Source: Candidatus Bathyarchaeum tardum
GTDB taxonomy: Archaea; Thermoproteota; Bathyarchaeia; Bathyarchaeales; Bathyarchaeaceae
Direction of reading: 5' to 3'
Assembly: GCA_024650005.2 (NCBI GenBank)
Contig: CP122380.1
Location: 2,088,573-2,152,572, forward strand
DNA: 64,000 bases
The notes below the pieces were generated by a model that worked only from the letters and a program-made list of their open reading frames with translations, searched no databases and was not told where the DNA came from. Made by a program: the position numbers and the translations under genes. Below, piece after piece: positions 9,991-20,090 of the stretch (position 1 is its first letter; each line of letters opens with the position of its first letter).

Positions 9991-10785
9991 TCAACGTTTA
10001 AACTTTGAAAGAATTAATGTAACAACTATTGCAACTGCAAGAACTGCTATGACAATTTCAGAGACCAAAACGATGTTTTCGTATTCTGCTTGTTTAGACA
10101 AGATACCAAATAGTGCCCAGATGACTACACCACAGAAGGCGACGTCTTTTCGTAACACTAACATAGCAAGGGACAACAGCAACGCAACACAGATTATCAG
10201 AACGGCCCAAGTTGAAGCTTCGATTCCAAATCCGTCCCAGCCTATTGCAGTTAAAGCTACAGAAATGTTTGCGATGGTTGCGATGCTTATCCAGCCCAAA
10301 TAAACACTGAAAGGCAAATGAACAAGAACCATTTCTTTGATCGATACTGCTGCTCTGCCGATGTCTAAGCGTCTGTAGACTAGAATTAGACTTGTCAGCA
10401 ACCCCAGCATCAGAATTACACTGTAGGTAACGAAATCGTAATGCCAAAGAACCAGCCAAACAATGTTGAAGATGCTGCTTAATCCGAAGAACCAACTAAC
10501 TTGACCAAGAAACGGTTTGTCCCTGTTTTTGGGTAACGCTTGATAGATAACAAACAACGCCAGAAGAATGTAGATTACACTCCAAATAGCAAAAGTGAAC
10601 CCCGCAGGAGTAACCAAGGTAGGGTACATGTCTGAAACATCGGCGCTAGTAACTCCTCCAATAATTGTAGTGCTGCCAGCTAACCCGTTTACAATTAAAG
10701 TTACTATGTAGGCGACAATGTTGACTGCCTGAAACACAACAGGTCGATTCAACATAATAAAAGTACAATATGCACCATTGTTCAT
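9991..10785 (-). CDS. TspO/MBR-like tryptophan-rich membrane protein
   Basis: TPAGFTFAIWSVIY, FSVYLGWISIATIAN; multi-TM. Confidence 0.75.
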   Translation of the reverse strand: MNNGAYCTFIMLNRPVVFQAVNIVAYIVTLIVNGLAGSTTIIGGVTSADVSDMYPTLVTPAGFTFAIWSVIYILLALFVIYQALPKNRDKPFLGQVSWFFGLSSIFNIVWLVLWHYDFVTYSVILMLGLLTSLILVYRRLDIGRAAVSIKEMVLVHLPFSVYLGWISIATIANISVALTAIGWDGFGIEASTWAVLIICVALLLSLAMLVLRKDVAFCGVVIWALFGILSKQAEYENIVLVSEIVIAVLAVAIVVTLILSKFKR

Positions 10786-10874
10786 ATAACAATTTGCACA
10801 GCAATTTATTTAGCACAAAAGTTGAGATTCAAAAAATCAAACATAAAAAAACAAACATTTGCGACTCACCAAAA

Positions 10875-11053
10875 TGTTGATACAACAACCATTTAAAAAA
10901 AAAACAATAGAAGTAGTTGTTTTTTGTTACAGGTAAAAAACAACTATTACTAATTTAAAGAAAGCATCAAAACATGTTTGGCAGTTGAACAAGATTTTAA
11001 AAAAATGCAAGTTTTGTTGTTGTTGGGGGGTAGGGGGGGTCAACAACAACAAA
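10875..11053. repeat. Cluster of three GTTG...CAAC inverted repeats
   Basis: TGTTG-ATA-CAACA (10875-10887); 12-bp stem 10914-10925/10935-10946; 13-bp stem 11013-11025/11041-11053 around a G-rich loop. Confidence 0.8.
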
Positions 11054-11586
11054 TTGGTTCATTTTAAGTATTTGAGTTAGTTTAACATCAAGGTAGTTTA
11101 TATTATCAGAGTTGTGACCTTGCAAACATGAAATAGTCTTTTGAAGGTCGATAACTTCAATTAAAGTTTACAATTATTTAATTAATATATACTGAATTAA
11201 TCACGAATACTGTGGAGATAAATATTTTGTATGTTAGTGCAACATTGAAAACTTCAAAGAATGGACTAAACTCAATGAAGTATTATCCAATCATCATTTA
11301 ATTTCCAAGAAAGTCGTTTACAGTGCAACTTCTAATTTTAAGGGTACACTTTCTATTTGGGTTCCTTTGCGTGTTATGAGTTTTAAGCGAATGATGTTTT
11401 CAGAGATTAGTTCAGTTTGGGTTGTTGGTTCTTTTGTTGGTGTTGGTTTGGTTTTTTGTTTGGTTTGAATTATGCATATTTTGTATCAAGACGACGAGTG
11501 AACTTCAATCCAGTACTAGAAAATAATCCAAAAATTATTTGCACTAACATGATGATAATCAGCGTTTGGTTAATTCCATTGTTAGT

Positions 11587-11781
11587 TTATGCACCTTTTG
11601 GAAGCCAAGAATGGTAATTATTTTTTGATTCTTCAGGGAAATATTCTTTGGATTTTTCTTCTTTTTTCTCGACTGGTTTATTGCAATATGGGCAGTCCTT
11701 CGGAAGTTCTGCACCCATGTCCCACTGAAATTTGGTGAGGCTAACATTACGCTTACATTTTGGACATTGTTTATTTGGCAA
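11587..11781 (-). CDS. Small zinc-ribbon protein (2x CxxC)
   Basis: CPKC...CPYC; GGGGA SD-like motif upstream. Confidence 0.55.
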   Translation of the reverse strand: MPNKQCPKCKRNVSLTKFQWDMGAELPKDCPYCNKPVEKKEEKSKEYFPEESKNNYHSWLPKGA

Positions 11782-11938
11782 AATTCTATGTTCCCCTTTA
11801 TGTTTTTAATTTTAAGCTCGTCTAAACCAGCTCATTAACAACATTATGGGCTATGAAGTATTTATCAAGTCGTACAAAAAACCCAGTGTATAATAGAAAT
11901 TTAAGATTGTTTATTGTTAAATTTTGTAGAATACTACT

Positions 11939-12205
11939 TCATTTGGTCATTTTGTGGGTTAAAAATATCCCAGGTTTAGGCTTATTTTTCCAATTAAACC
12001 AAATTATAAAAATTGTGCTAAATCTCAACAACCAGTTAAAAGTTAGGATACCCATTGGGGGCTTGTGTGCCCAGCAGGAGCACGTGCAAATTCCACCTGT
12101 GCCAACGTGCGAGATTACATGTGTTAATTTTGTTGAACATTCAGTACAAACTACATCAGGCATATTTATTTCAAAAACTTGTGCACCACATTTAGGACAT
12201 ATCAT
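11939..12205 (-). CDS. Small Cys-rich zinc-ribbon protein with C-terminal hydrophobic segment
   Basis: CPKC...CTEC...CTCSC, then a TM-like stretch. Confidence 0.5.
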   Translation of the reverse strand: MICPKCGAQVFEINMPDVVCTECSTKLTHVISHVGTGGICTCSCWAHKPPMGILTFNWLLRFSTIFIIWFNWKNKPKPGIFLTHKMTK

Positions 12206-12389
12206 ATTTAAATACTCTTTTCCAATTTGCCCTTTGGTCAGCTAATTGTTTTTCATATCTTGACATTTTACTTCTCTATTTATTTTGAATTTTTAATTTA
12301 GTTTAATAGCTTATGAATGTTAAATTTTAACAGAACATAAGCTCTAATCTATGTCTATCTCAGCTAGTTTTTTGTTTTATTGTATTTCG

Positions 12390-12476
12390 TTTTGTGTTTT
12401 GCGAGAAGGTAGGTAGATAGGAGTAGGGGATTAGAGTTAAACAGGAAAAGAGTAGGAAAAAAAGGTTAAATTTTAA
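12390..12476 (+). repeat. Dispersed purine-rich intergenic repeat, copy 1
   Basis: About 73/87 identity by manual alignment with 62109-62194. Confidence 0.8.
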
Positions 12477-12594
12477 TCCCAAACCCAAACATAGTAAAAT
12501 ATTCTAATCCAATCACCATTGTAGATTATGATTTCGTACGCAAGTTTTGACAAACTTTTTATTCCTTTTAAAACTACTCTAAAGGCACGATTTT

Positions 12595-13593
12595 ATGTCA
12601 ACTATGATTGATGTCAAAGACCTAGTACTGGTATATTCTAATGGCACTAGAGCTGTAGATAATATTTCATTTAATGTAAAAAAGGGTGAATTCTTCGGGT
12701 TTCTGGGACCAAACGGAGCAGGAAAAAGTACTACCATCAAAGTTCTGACCACCTTACTGAAAAAAACCTCGGGTTCAGTACATGTTTCAGGTTACAACAT
12801 GGACAAGGACTCTAAAGAGATACGAAAAATGATTGGTGTTCAAAGCCAAGACACAGCTGTTGATGGAGACCTAACGGGACGAGAAAACTTAATGCTTCAA
12901 GGACACTTCCAACAGATACCCACTAAGATCCTAAAACAAAGAGTTGATGAACTACTCAAACTGGTGGACCTAGAAAAATTTGCTGACAAACGGGCAAGAA
13001 ACTACTCGGGGGGAATGAAAAAAAGACTAGACCTAGCAACAACTCTAGTTCATAGACCCCAACTACTTTTTTTGGATGAACCAACTACTGGACTAGATCC
13101 ACAATCCCGTTCTGCAATATGGGAATACCTTGAAAAATTAAACAAAGAAGACAAAACCACAATATTTTTGACAACCCAATATATGGAAGAAGCAGATCGG
13201 CTCTGCAGAACACTCGCAATAATAGATACAGGAAAAATAGTAGCTAGCGGCTCCCCAACTGAACTCAAGCAACAATTAGGGGTAGACTCCATCAAAATTA
13301 CCCTAAAAGATTATACCAAAGACAAAACAACAGCTGTCAAAATTCTCAAGAGTTTGACTGGAGTTTCAAATATAACTGAATCAGATGAGTGTTTAACAGT
13401 CTTCGCAAAAAACGCCAGTCAACTAATTGCAGATATCGTAAGAGCGCTTGATAGCCTTGAGATAGGACTGGCTGGAATAAGCTTTTCATCACCTACTCTT
13501 GATGATGTATATCTGCAAAAGACGGGCAAAAGAATAAGAACCGAAGAGCTAGGAAAAACTCCAAGTACAACATTTATGGGGAGAAAAAGATAA
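12595..13593 (+). CDS. ABC-2/DrrA-type exporter ATP-binding subunit
   Basis: GPNGAGKST, YSGGM, LFLDEPTTGLD. Confidence 0.92.
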   Translation: MSTMIDVKDLVLVYSNGTRAVDNISFNVKKGEFFGFLGPNGAGKSTTIKVLTTLLKKTSGSVHVSGYNMDKDSKEIRKMIGVQSQDTAVDGDLTGRENLMLQGHFQQIPTKILKQRVDELLKLVDLEKFADKRARNYSGGMKKRLDLATTLVHRPQLLFLDEPTTGLDPQSRSAIWEYLEKLNKEDKTTIFLTTQYMEEADRLCRTLAIIDTGKIVASGSPTELKQQLGVDSIKITLKDYTKDKTTAVKILKSLTGVSNITESDECLTVFAKNASQLIADIVRALDSLEIGLAGISFSSPTLDDVYLQKTGKRIRTEELGKTPSTTFMGRKR

Positions 13594-13596
13594 ACA

Positions 13597-14364
13597 ATGA
13601 CCCTATTATCTGATACTAGATACCTTTTTGTTAGATACCTAAAAAAACTTATTAGAAATCCTATACTACTTTTTTTCTCACTGGTCCAGCCGATAATCTT
13701 CCTAGTTTTATTCACTCAACTTTTTGAAAGATTCGCAAACATTCCAGGATTTCCTGCAGAAAGCTACCTAATATTTGCAACTCCAGGGATATTACTGCAA
13801 AACGCCTTTGGCAGCGCTCTACAATCTGGAAACTCCATTGTTTTAGATATGGATACAGGATATCTTCAGAAAATGTTAGTCACACCAGTCAGTCGTTATG
13901 CAATATTGCTTGGAAGACTAACAAGTGATGCTTTTCGAGTGTTAATTCAATCAACCATCATAATGGTTTTAGCATTTCTAATGGGTGCTGTTCCAGTTAC
14001 CGGAATATTTGGCATATTACTGATGCTTTTTACAATCGCGTTTTTCGGGCTAGCATGGTCAGGAATTTCTCTTGCAATTGGATTAAAAACTCGAAGTTCA
14101 GAAACAGTATTTGCATTCGGTTCATTCCTCACTTTTCCATTACTATTCATGAGCACAGCTTTAACACCTCTTGATTTTATGCCCGACTGGATACAAACAG
14201 TCTCAAAGCTAAACCCGATAAGCTACACTGTAGACGCAGTCAGAGTCCTAATGATCGACGGATTTGTATGGGATACAATTCTATCAGCCTATTTAGTGAT
14301 TGGACTTGTTGCAGTTCTGACTCTAGGCTCAACATTATACCTATTTAGAAAAGTAGTAAACTGA
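13597..14364 (+). CDS. ABC-2/DrrB-type exporter permease
   Basis: About 6 TM, LLVTP-like motif (MLVTPVSR), LNPISY; 3 bp after the ATPase gene. Confidence 0.9.
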   Translation: MTLLSDTRYLFVRYLKKLIRNPILLFFSLVQPIIFLVLFTQLFERFANIPGFPAESYLIFATPGILLQNAFGSALQSGNSIVLDMDTGYLQKMLVTPVSRYAILLGRLTSDAFRVLIQSTIIMVLAFLMGAVPVTGIFGILLMLFTIAFFGLAWSGISLAIGLKTRSSETVFAFGSFLTFPLLFMSTALTPLDFMPDWIQTVSKLNPISYTVDAVRVLMIDGFVWDTILSAYLVIGLVAVLTLGSTLYLFRKVVN

Positions 14365-14429
14365 AAAAGTGTTTGTTTTATAAACTAAAAATTCACACAG
14401 AAGTGCACTAAAAAATTATTAGCATTAGT

Positions 14430-15107
14430 TTGTTAATATTTATATCTCACTTGAACTTTGCAATTGCTAGGCTGGACATATTGGCAACGATTGAATTTGC
14501 AACCCTGGCCATTTTATCGATAGTTGCGGTTATGAATCCTCTCAGCACTATTGCAATTTTCACAACTCTAACCAGCGATATTGGTCCTGAAAAACACAAT
14601 TCTGAAAAACACCGTAAAATCGCTGCCAAAGCAATGAAAATAGCTTTTATAGTTTTGGTTTTTTTTGCTTTGACAGGCCAACTACTTTTTCAAGTGTTTA
14701 ACATCGAAGTGTATGCATTCCAGATAGCAGGCGGCATTCTTCTAGTTGCACTCGCATTGAAAATGCTTTCAGAAAAAAACGGGTTATCCTCTGAGGATCG
14801 AGAAGATATTTCGATTATTCCTCTGGTGTTTCCTCTAACTGCAGGTCCAGGTAGCATAACGACAGTTATTTTGTTATTTTCGCAAGCAATAGATTTTTTT
14901 GATGCACTTTTCGTCTTCATTGGAATAACGATTGGGATTTTGTTATCCTACTTTGGCATGAAGTATGCTTATAAGATAATCAAGGTTTTAGGCGTTGAAG
15001 GATTGCATGTTGTAACAGCACTCATGGCGATTATTGTGCTTGCAATAGCAATACAATTTATCATAGTTGGAATAGTTGATGCTATTCCTTACATACCAAT
15101 CGAATAA
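14430..15107 (+). CDS. MarC family membrane protein
   Basis: VMNP, FQIAGGILL, PLTAGPGSIT. Confidence 0.9.
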   Translation: MLIFISHLNFAIARLDILATIEFATLAILSIVAVMNPLSTIAIFTTLTSDIGPEKHNSEKHRKIAAKAMKIAFIVLVFFALTGQLLFQVFNIEVYAFQIAGGILLVALALKMLSEKNGLSSEDREDISIIPLVFPLTAGPGSITTVILLFSQAIDFFDALFVFIGITIGILLSYFGMKYAYKIIKVLGVEGLHVVTALMAIIVLAIAIQFIIVGIVDAIPYIPIE

Positions 15108-15285
15108 TCCCAAGTAGATAATCAATAATAAACAAAATCAACTGTCTTTTCTGAATCTAGATTGAATTCAGACGAAATCAAGCGCTGATTTTAGTTAATT
15201 TCACTCAAAACCAGACTGCCTGATTTCAGTAAAAGATTTAAAAAAAATCAATTCCAATCATGAAAAAAGCGTTAGTTGGTTGGGG

Positions 15286-16980
15286 TTAAATTTTAACCTT
15301 TTTCCCAATTATCGAAGAAAATACAATAACAAAAATAATAGGCAGAATTGTCCATGAAGGAAACTCTGGAATTGTTTCGAGTTTCATAATTGGGTGGTGG
15401 TCGATGTTGTTTGGATTAATGTAAAAGGGTGTGTCTCCTATTCCTGTTCCATTGATTTCTGTGGCATTGGGATATCTTAGAGTATAACCGCTCCAATAAT
15501 TACCTTTTTCACCGTCATCCCATATACAAGGTTGAGGTAGTTTGTCTTGGCCGTCCCATATTCCAAGCATAGAAACCTGAAAGCCTACCTCTTTGTTATT
15601 GTCTATGAAATAATTGTGATAAACAGAGTTGTTTGCGCCCCCTCCTGCAAGCCCGCCTTCAAATTCTATAGCCCAACCAACGTTTTCTGTAAAATTGTTT
15701 CCGACAATTTTATTATTCGGAGATGCAGTGCAATAAATTCCGTTTGCGTTTTTGTAAAAAATGTTTTCAACAATAGAATTCCCTGAAGTATGAACTAACT
15801 TAATTCCATACCCAGTATTTTCTTCTATTGTGTTTCCAATAATATTGTGTCCAGAATTGAATTGGTCAATGTAGATGCCAACAGTATTTCTTTTAATGTT
15901 ATTATCAATGAAATTCACGCCTGCAGAACTCAAGACATAGGCGCCCAATTTGTTTTCTGTTAGTGTATTTCCAGAAAAAATGTTATGTGAAGAACTGTGA
16001 ATCTTGATGCCATAGTTGTCTTCAGTGCCTGTTATTGTGTTGTTACATATCGAGTTGTTGTTCGAAGACTTGCAAAGATAGAGTTCGTAACCGTTGTTTT
16101 TAGTTATGACGTTTTCACTGATGTAATTATTTGTGGATTCTAAGAGGTAGATGCCTTCACCGTTATTTTTTGTTATTTCATTATTTGTTATTGTTGAATT
16201 TTTGGTTGAAACCAGTATGATGCCTTTTCCATTTTGTGATAGGCTACAGTGCTGAACAGAAATATTTACGCAGTTTACAAGACCAATACAAGCTGCGTCC
16301 GATGGAACTGACCTGTTTTCCTGGTTTACCCAATAATATATGGGTGCGCCATTGATAGTGTTTGAATCATCAATGTCATGATAGAAAATTCTGGGACTTG
16401 CTGTGCTAACATAGGCGTCATGGGCTGAATATGTAACTTTAAAGCCATAATTATTGGAGTTCATTTGGTTGTGTCTAAGGGTATTCCCAGTTGAAGAAAC
16501 AATTTCAATTCCATAGTGGTTGTTTGTTAAGTTGTTTCCCAAAAGGGTGTGGTTTCCTGAAATCCTGAAAGTAGGATCTGAAAGAAGTTGAATACCATAA
16601 TAGAAGTTACTGATTTGCATGTTTTGCACGGTTATTCCGTTTCGATTTTTAATGAAAACTCCTGTAGAGTTTCCATTACCTTGAATAACGTAACCTGCTC
16701 CATCCACTGTGACATCATCGCAATCAACCACAATTGTGTGACCAACAATATCATCAGTTAACGAATAGACATGTCCATTTTTGGTTATTGGAACAGTAAC
16801 ATTATCAGTGGAACTAACGTTTCCATCACTTTGAATAATGAAAGCGGGTTTAGGAACCGAAAAAGGCATAGGTAGAAAATTTGCAGTTGCAACCTCAATT
16901 TGTTGAATACAGATAAGGAAATAAATAGAAAACATTAATATACCAAAAATTTTCTTTCCTTTTTTCATAATCCACACCAA
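15286..16980 (-). CDS. NosD-type beta-helix surface protein with PEF-CTERM-like C-terminus
   Basis: Signal peptide, Asn-rich repeats, GNYWS, IPEFPSW + TM + basic tail. Confidence 0.85.
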   Translation of the reverse strand: MVWIMKKGKKIFGILMFSIYFLICIQQIEVATANFLPMPFSVPKPAFIIQSDGNVSSTDNVTVPITKNGHVYSLTDDIVGHTIVVDCDDVTVDGAGYVIQGNGNSTGVFIKNRNGITVQNMQISNFYYGIQLLSDPTFRISGNHTLLGNNLTNNHYGIEIVSSTGNTLRHNQMNSNNYGFKVTYSAHDAYVSTASPRIFYHDIDDSNTINGAPIYYWVNQENRSVPSDAACIGLVNCVNISVQHCSLSQNGKGIILVSTKNSTITNNEITKNNGEGIYLLESTNNYISENVITKNNGYELYLCKSSNNNSICNNTITGTEDNYGIKIHSSSHNIFSGNTLTENKLGAYVLSSAGVNFIDNNIKRNTVGIYIDQFNSGHNIIGNTIEENTGYGIKLVHTSGNSIVENIFYKNANGIYCTASPNNKIVGNNFTENVGWAIEFEGGLAGGGANNSVYHNYFIDNNKEVGFQVSMLGIWDGQDKLPQPCIWDDGEKGNYWSGYTLRYPNATEINGTGIGDTPFYINPNNIDHHPIMKLETIPEFPSWTILPIIFVIVFSSIIGKKVKI

Positions 16981-17010
16981 TTACTAATCTATTAATAAAT
17001 TAAAAAAGGG

Positions 17011-17075
17011 TTTTTGTCAAGAAACCTTGACTAAAAAGCTTTACTTGAACGATAGTTTAGTCAAGAAAATTTGAG
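17011..17075. promoter_or_regulatory. Two palindromic operator-like sites GTCAAG-N4-CTTGAC
   Basis: Perfect at 17016-17031, imperfect at 17060-17075; upstream of the 15286-16980 gene. Confidence 0.4.
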
Positions 17076-17127
17076 AAAACTAATTTTGATACCTTCAATT
17101 GAAAATTTTTTACGAATTCAAGAACGA

Positions 17128-18024
17128 TTATTTAGACTTGTGATGGCGTAAATAAACAAGTAATACAACAAGTATTGCTCCCATAGCAACTGTTAAGATG
17201 CAAACAAATTCCGTTGGTAAACTTGAACCTGAAAAGTCAGAGTTATCAGGGTCCGTATTTTTATTGGCATCGAAGGAAATTAGCAAGTCGCCTGGAAGAT
17301 TCTCGTAGTAATTGGACACAACTTGAAGGGATATTATTTCATTTTTATCATCTTCAGTGATTGTGTAGTTTACGGGATTTTTCATTGCATCATCAAGCGT
17401 TATGGTATTCACCTGAAGGTTTGTGTAATTTGTTTCAAACCTTATAGAAAAGTAGGCAGTGGATTTGTTACTCCAAGATGAAAGGTAAGGACTTATGTTT
17501 AAATCATACAAAAAAGTGTAGCTTCCATTTATCTGCTTAACAGGGTGTTCATAATGAATTCTAAGAGTGAAATCGTCCACAACAGGATAAAGGTTACAAG
17601 AAATCATAGGCCAGTTCCCAACTGCAGTGTAATGAGTTACGTCAGGATAGCTTTGCGTGTAATTACTCCAGTCAAGATCGGCAGAATCCATTTTTATTGA
17701 TATGTTTGTTGTTCTGGGAGGTGTTGGATAAAACATCTGAAGAGAATCCCCACTAAAAGTGAACAATGAATCATTGGCCGAAGGATGGTGAGTCTGACAA
17801 TCAAAATCAATTTTAGAAACAGGATATGTTCCATCCACTTTTGCCCATAAAGTTTCGTTCATCCAACAAATTGTGTAGTTAATTTGTTCTTCAGGCATTT
17901 TGAGTACTGAAAACAGAACTGGATTTGCATTGGACAATCTAATGATTGGAAGCGCTAAAAATATTAATATTGAGTAAACTAGAATACTGAAAAACAAATC
18001 AACTCGCTTGCACTTATTTCTCAA
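17128..18024 (-). CDS. Hypothetical secreted/surface protein with C-terminal TM anchor
   Basis: N-terminal signal, C-terminal LPTEF + TM + RHHKSK. Confidence 0.7.
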   Translation of the reverse strand: MRNKCKRVDLFFSILVYSILIFLALPIIRLSNANPVLFSVLKMPEEQINYTICWMNETLWAKVDGTYPVSKIDFDCQTHHPSANDSLFTFSGDSLQMFYPTPPRTTNISIKMDSADLDWSNYTQSYPDVTHYTAVGNWPMISCNLYPVVDDFTLRIHYEHPVKQINGSYTFLYDLNISPYLSSWSNKSTAYFSIRFETNYTNLQVNTITLDDAMKNPVNYTITEDDKNEIISLQVVSNYYENLPGDLLISFDANKNTDPDNSDFSGSSLPTEFVCILTVAMGAILVVLLVYLRHHKSK

Positions 18025-18158
18025 ATTCCATCATCTCCAGTTTTTATCATCCTCAAATAAACTTTTTTTGCTATTCATGTTTCTGGGCAGTCTGAATTTG
18101 AAGGAAAAAAACAGTGTAACAACATATAGATTGTTTAACTGTGATATGTTGTTGATGG

Positions 18159-18265
18159 TGGTGCGGCGGGCAGGAATCGAACCTGCGAACCCCTATGGGA
18201 AAGGATAGCTCATCAAAACGCTGATCTTGAGTCCTCCGCGTTTGACCTGGCTTCGCTACCGCCGC
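18159..18265 (-). tRNA. tRNA-Leu(CAA) with a 19-nt intron at position 37/38 and encoded CCA
   Basis: GCGGCGG/CCGCCGC acceptor stem, GAGGA-CTCAAG^A-TCCTT anticodon arm, intron 18207-18225, long variable arm, GGTTCGATTCC T-loop. Confidence 0.93.
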
Positions 18266-18357
18266 CCCATTGCACAAAAACAAACATGACTAGTTAATTT
18301 AAGCCTTACTTAACCAAATTACTGTTCGATTGTTATTAGAGAAGCAAAATCAAATTA

Positions 18358-19545
18358 CTACCAAAAATCAGATATTGTATGGTTTAAATCAACGGACCTA
18401 GACGTTAATTCTTTCAACATGTTCCCTGCATTCTCATCTTTGAACATACTTTTTTGATTTAGCAAAGTTTCGACATCATGATTTTGAAGGAAATATTCTG
18501 TTTGAGCAGAAAATTCTGCATTTAGTTTTGCAGCATTGATTGGTACATATCTATTCTTTGGAAACAAAGCGGAATCGGTAGTTTTTACGTAATAATATGT
18601 TTCCCTATCAAAGATCCGAGCTTTATGGCTGGGGTCTACATCTGTAGATTTTCGAATTGAAATTTCTTCAGCCCTACTACCAGATGAAGATTTTGGAATA
18701 AAATACCGTTGAGGTTCTCGGTTTACACCAATCAAATTAGCACCAGCAATAGCAGATAATGCATCTGATGCGATACTTGTGTCATCATGAGAGTTGGATA
18801 ATTTTTCACGTCTAATATTTGTAAAGTAACTAATCACTTTATCAAAAGTTTCATCTTTTTTGATAATGTTGAATATGTGTCGTAATCGTCCTAAACTTGT
18901 TTCATTGATTGGTTGGCTTTCAAAATCAAACCAATAATAATAGTACTCTTTTTTCAAATAATGTTGCATAAGTTCGTTGAGCTTTCTGATTCCCATCCTC
19001 ATAGATATTGGAACAAAAATGGGTTTACAATTTTTATTATTTAAAATCTCAAAAACTGAATCGACAAACCGTAAATATGAATCTAAATTTATTATGTCTT
19101 GGGTTTTGTTATCAAATGTTTTTTTGAGTTTGATATTTGGTACTGTTAAAATTAGTTTTGAATAGGGATAATATTGGTCAAAAAACCAACTTAAGTGATC
19201 GATGTTGTTTACATAATTAAATGGATTAAATTCAAAGGTAAAATTAACCACATTGGGAACGCCAGAGAGCCAATCCCTTTTGTAAAAAAATTGATTAATT
19301 TTTTGACTGTCATCTTCGTCATATAATTTCATCAAATTATCATATTTTTTTATTACTTTAGTGGCTTCATAAAACTTGAACGCTTCTTTCAAAGTGGAAT
19401 AGGTATCTTTGTTTAGATTTTTTACATCCATACTTTTTTCAGGTTTTTGAAAATTGTTACCTCCAATTTTAAATCTCTTAATGTTAAACCAAGACTTTTT
19501 ATCTTCTATAGTTTCGGTAACGTTAATATCAGAAACCATGTTCAT
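18358..19545 (-). CDS. Uncharacterised protein with tRNA-guanine-transglycosylase-like (TIM-barrel) features
   Basis: TGT-like N-terminal strand pair (FKIGGNNFQKP), AIAGANLIG, ARIFD, C-terminal helix INAAKLNAE; no DSGG motif or Zn cysteines. Fold is inferred. Confidence 0.55.
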   Translation of the reverse strand: MNMVSDINVTETIEDKKSWFNIKRFKIGGNNFQKPEKSMDVKNLNKDTYSTLKEAFKFYEATKVIKKYDNLMKLYDEDDSQKINQFFYKRDWLSGVPNVVNFTFEFNPFNYVNNIDHLSWFFDQYYPYSKLILTVPNIKLKKTFDNKTQDIINLDSYLRFVDSVFEILNNKNCKPIFVPISMRMGIRKLNELMQHYLKKEYYYYWFDFESQPINETSLGRLRHIFNIIKKDETFDKVISYFTNIRREKLSNSHDDTSIASDALSAIAGANLIGVNREPQRYFIPKSSSGSRAEEISIRKSTDVDPSHKARIFDRETYYYVKTTDSALFPKNRYVPINAAKLNAEFSAQTEYFLQNHDVETLLNQKSMFKDENAGNMLKELTSRSVDLNHTISDFW

Positions 19546-20090
19546 CTGCTCTTTATTTTAGACAAAACTGCACTTATAATTTCTGGTGATACTCGAAACT
19601 TCGATTCACTAATCAACATCAAAATTAATGAAGCTTCGGTTTTTTTTAGAATATCATATTCATAGCAACATTTTCCAACAAAACCAACTGTGCCAATCAT
19701 TAAAGTCACTAAATAAGGCAAATTTCGTTTCACGAAAAGTCGTGGACCTTTATCATCAATAATGAAGGGTTTAGGAATCCCATCAATGTAAAAATCATAG
19801 GCAAGTTCTATTATCTCTGTTTCTCCTTTTTCAATTTCTTTTTTACTGAAAAATGGTCTTAAAATTTCACCCAAATTCTTTTTTGGAAACTTGATGAGAT
19901 TAGGGCTTGACTTAATATGAACAAAATTATTAGACTTGGATACTTCACCAAATACTATAGGCGTTATAATAAAATCAAAACTGCCAAGTATCTTTAACAA
20001 AACTTTTGGTTTTTCAATGTCTTCTAAAAAACATAGATAAAAACTGCTATCAGCTAGAAACTGATTTGGGTCATTCTGTACCAAATTCAA
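19542..20090 (-). CDS. PIN-domain ribonuclease (DUF3368/VapC-like)
   Basis: LADSS...ITPIVFGEV...GETEII...IIDD...GTVG conserved acidic residues. Confidence 0.8.
   Translation of the reverse strand: MNLVQNDPNQFLADSSFYLCFLEDIEKPKVLLKILGSFDFIITPIVFGEVSKSNNFVHIKSSPNLIKFPKKNLGEILRPFFSKKEIEKGETEIIELAYDFYIDGIPKPFIIDDKGPRLFVKRNLPYLVTLMIGTVGFVGKCCYEYDILKKTEASLILMLISESKFRVSPEIISAVLSKIKSR

Noticed and set aside
11300-11480. Thr/Pro/Lys-rich open stretch on the minus strand
   Set aside because: No in-frame start codon; low complexity
10800-18159. Integrated element bounded by the tRNA-Leu 3' end
   Set aside because: No duplicated tRNA 3' end (att site) or integrase found by eye
18008-18283. ORFs 18008-18208 (+) and 18071-18283 (-)
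   Set aside because: They overlap the tRNA-Leu gene and are spurious translations
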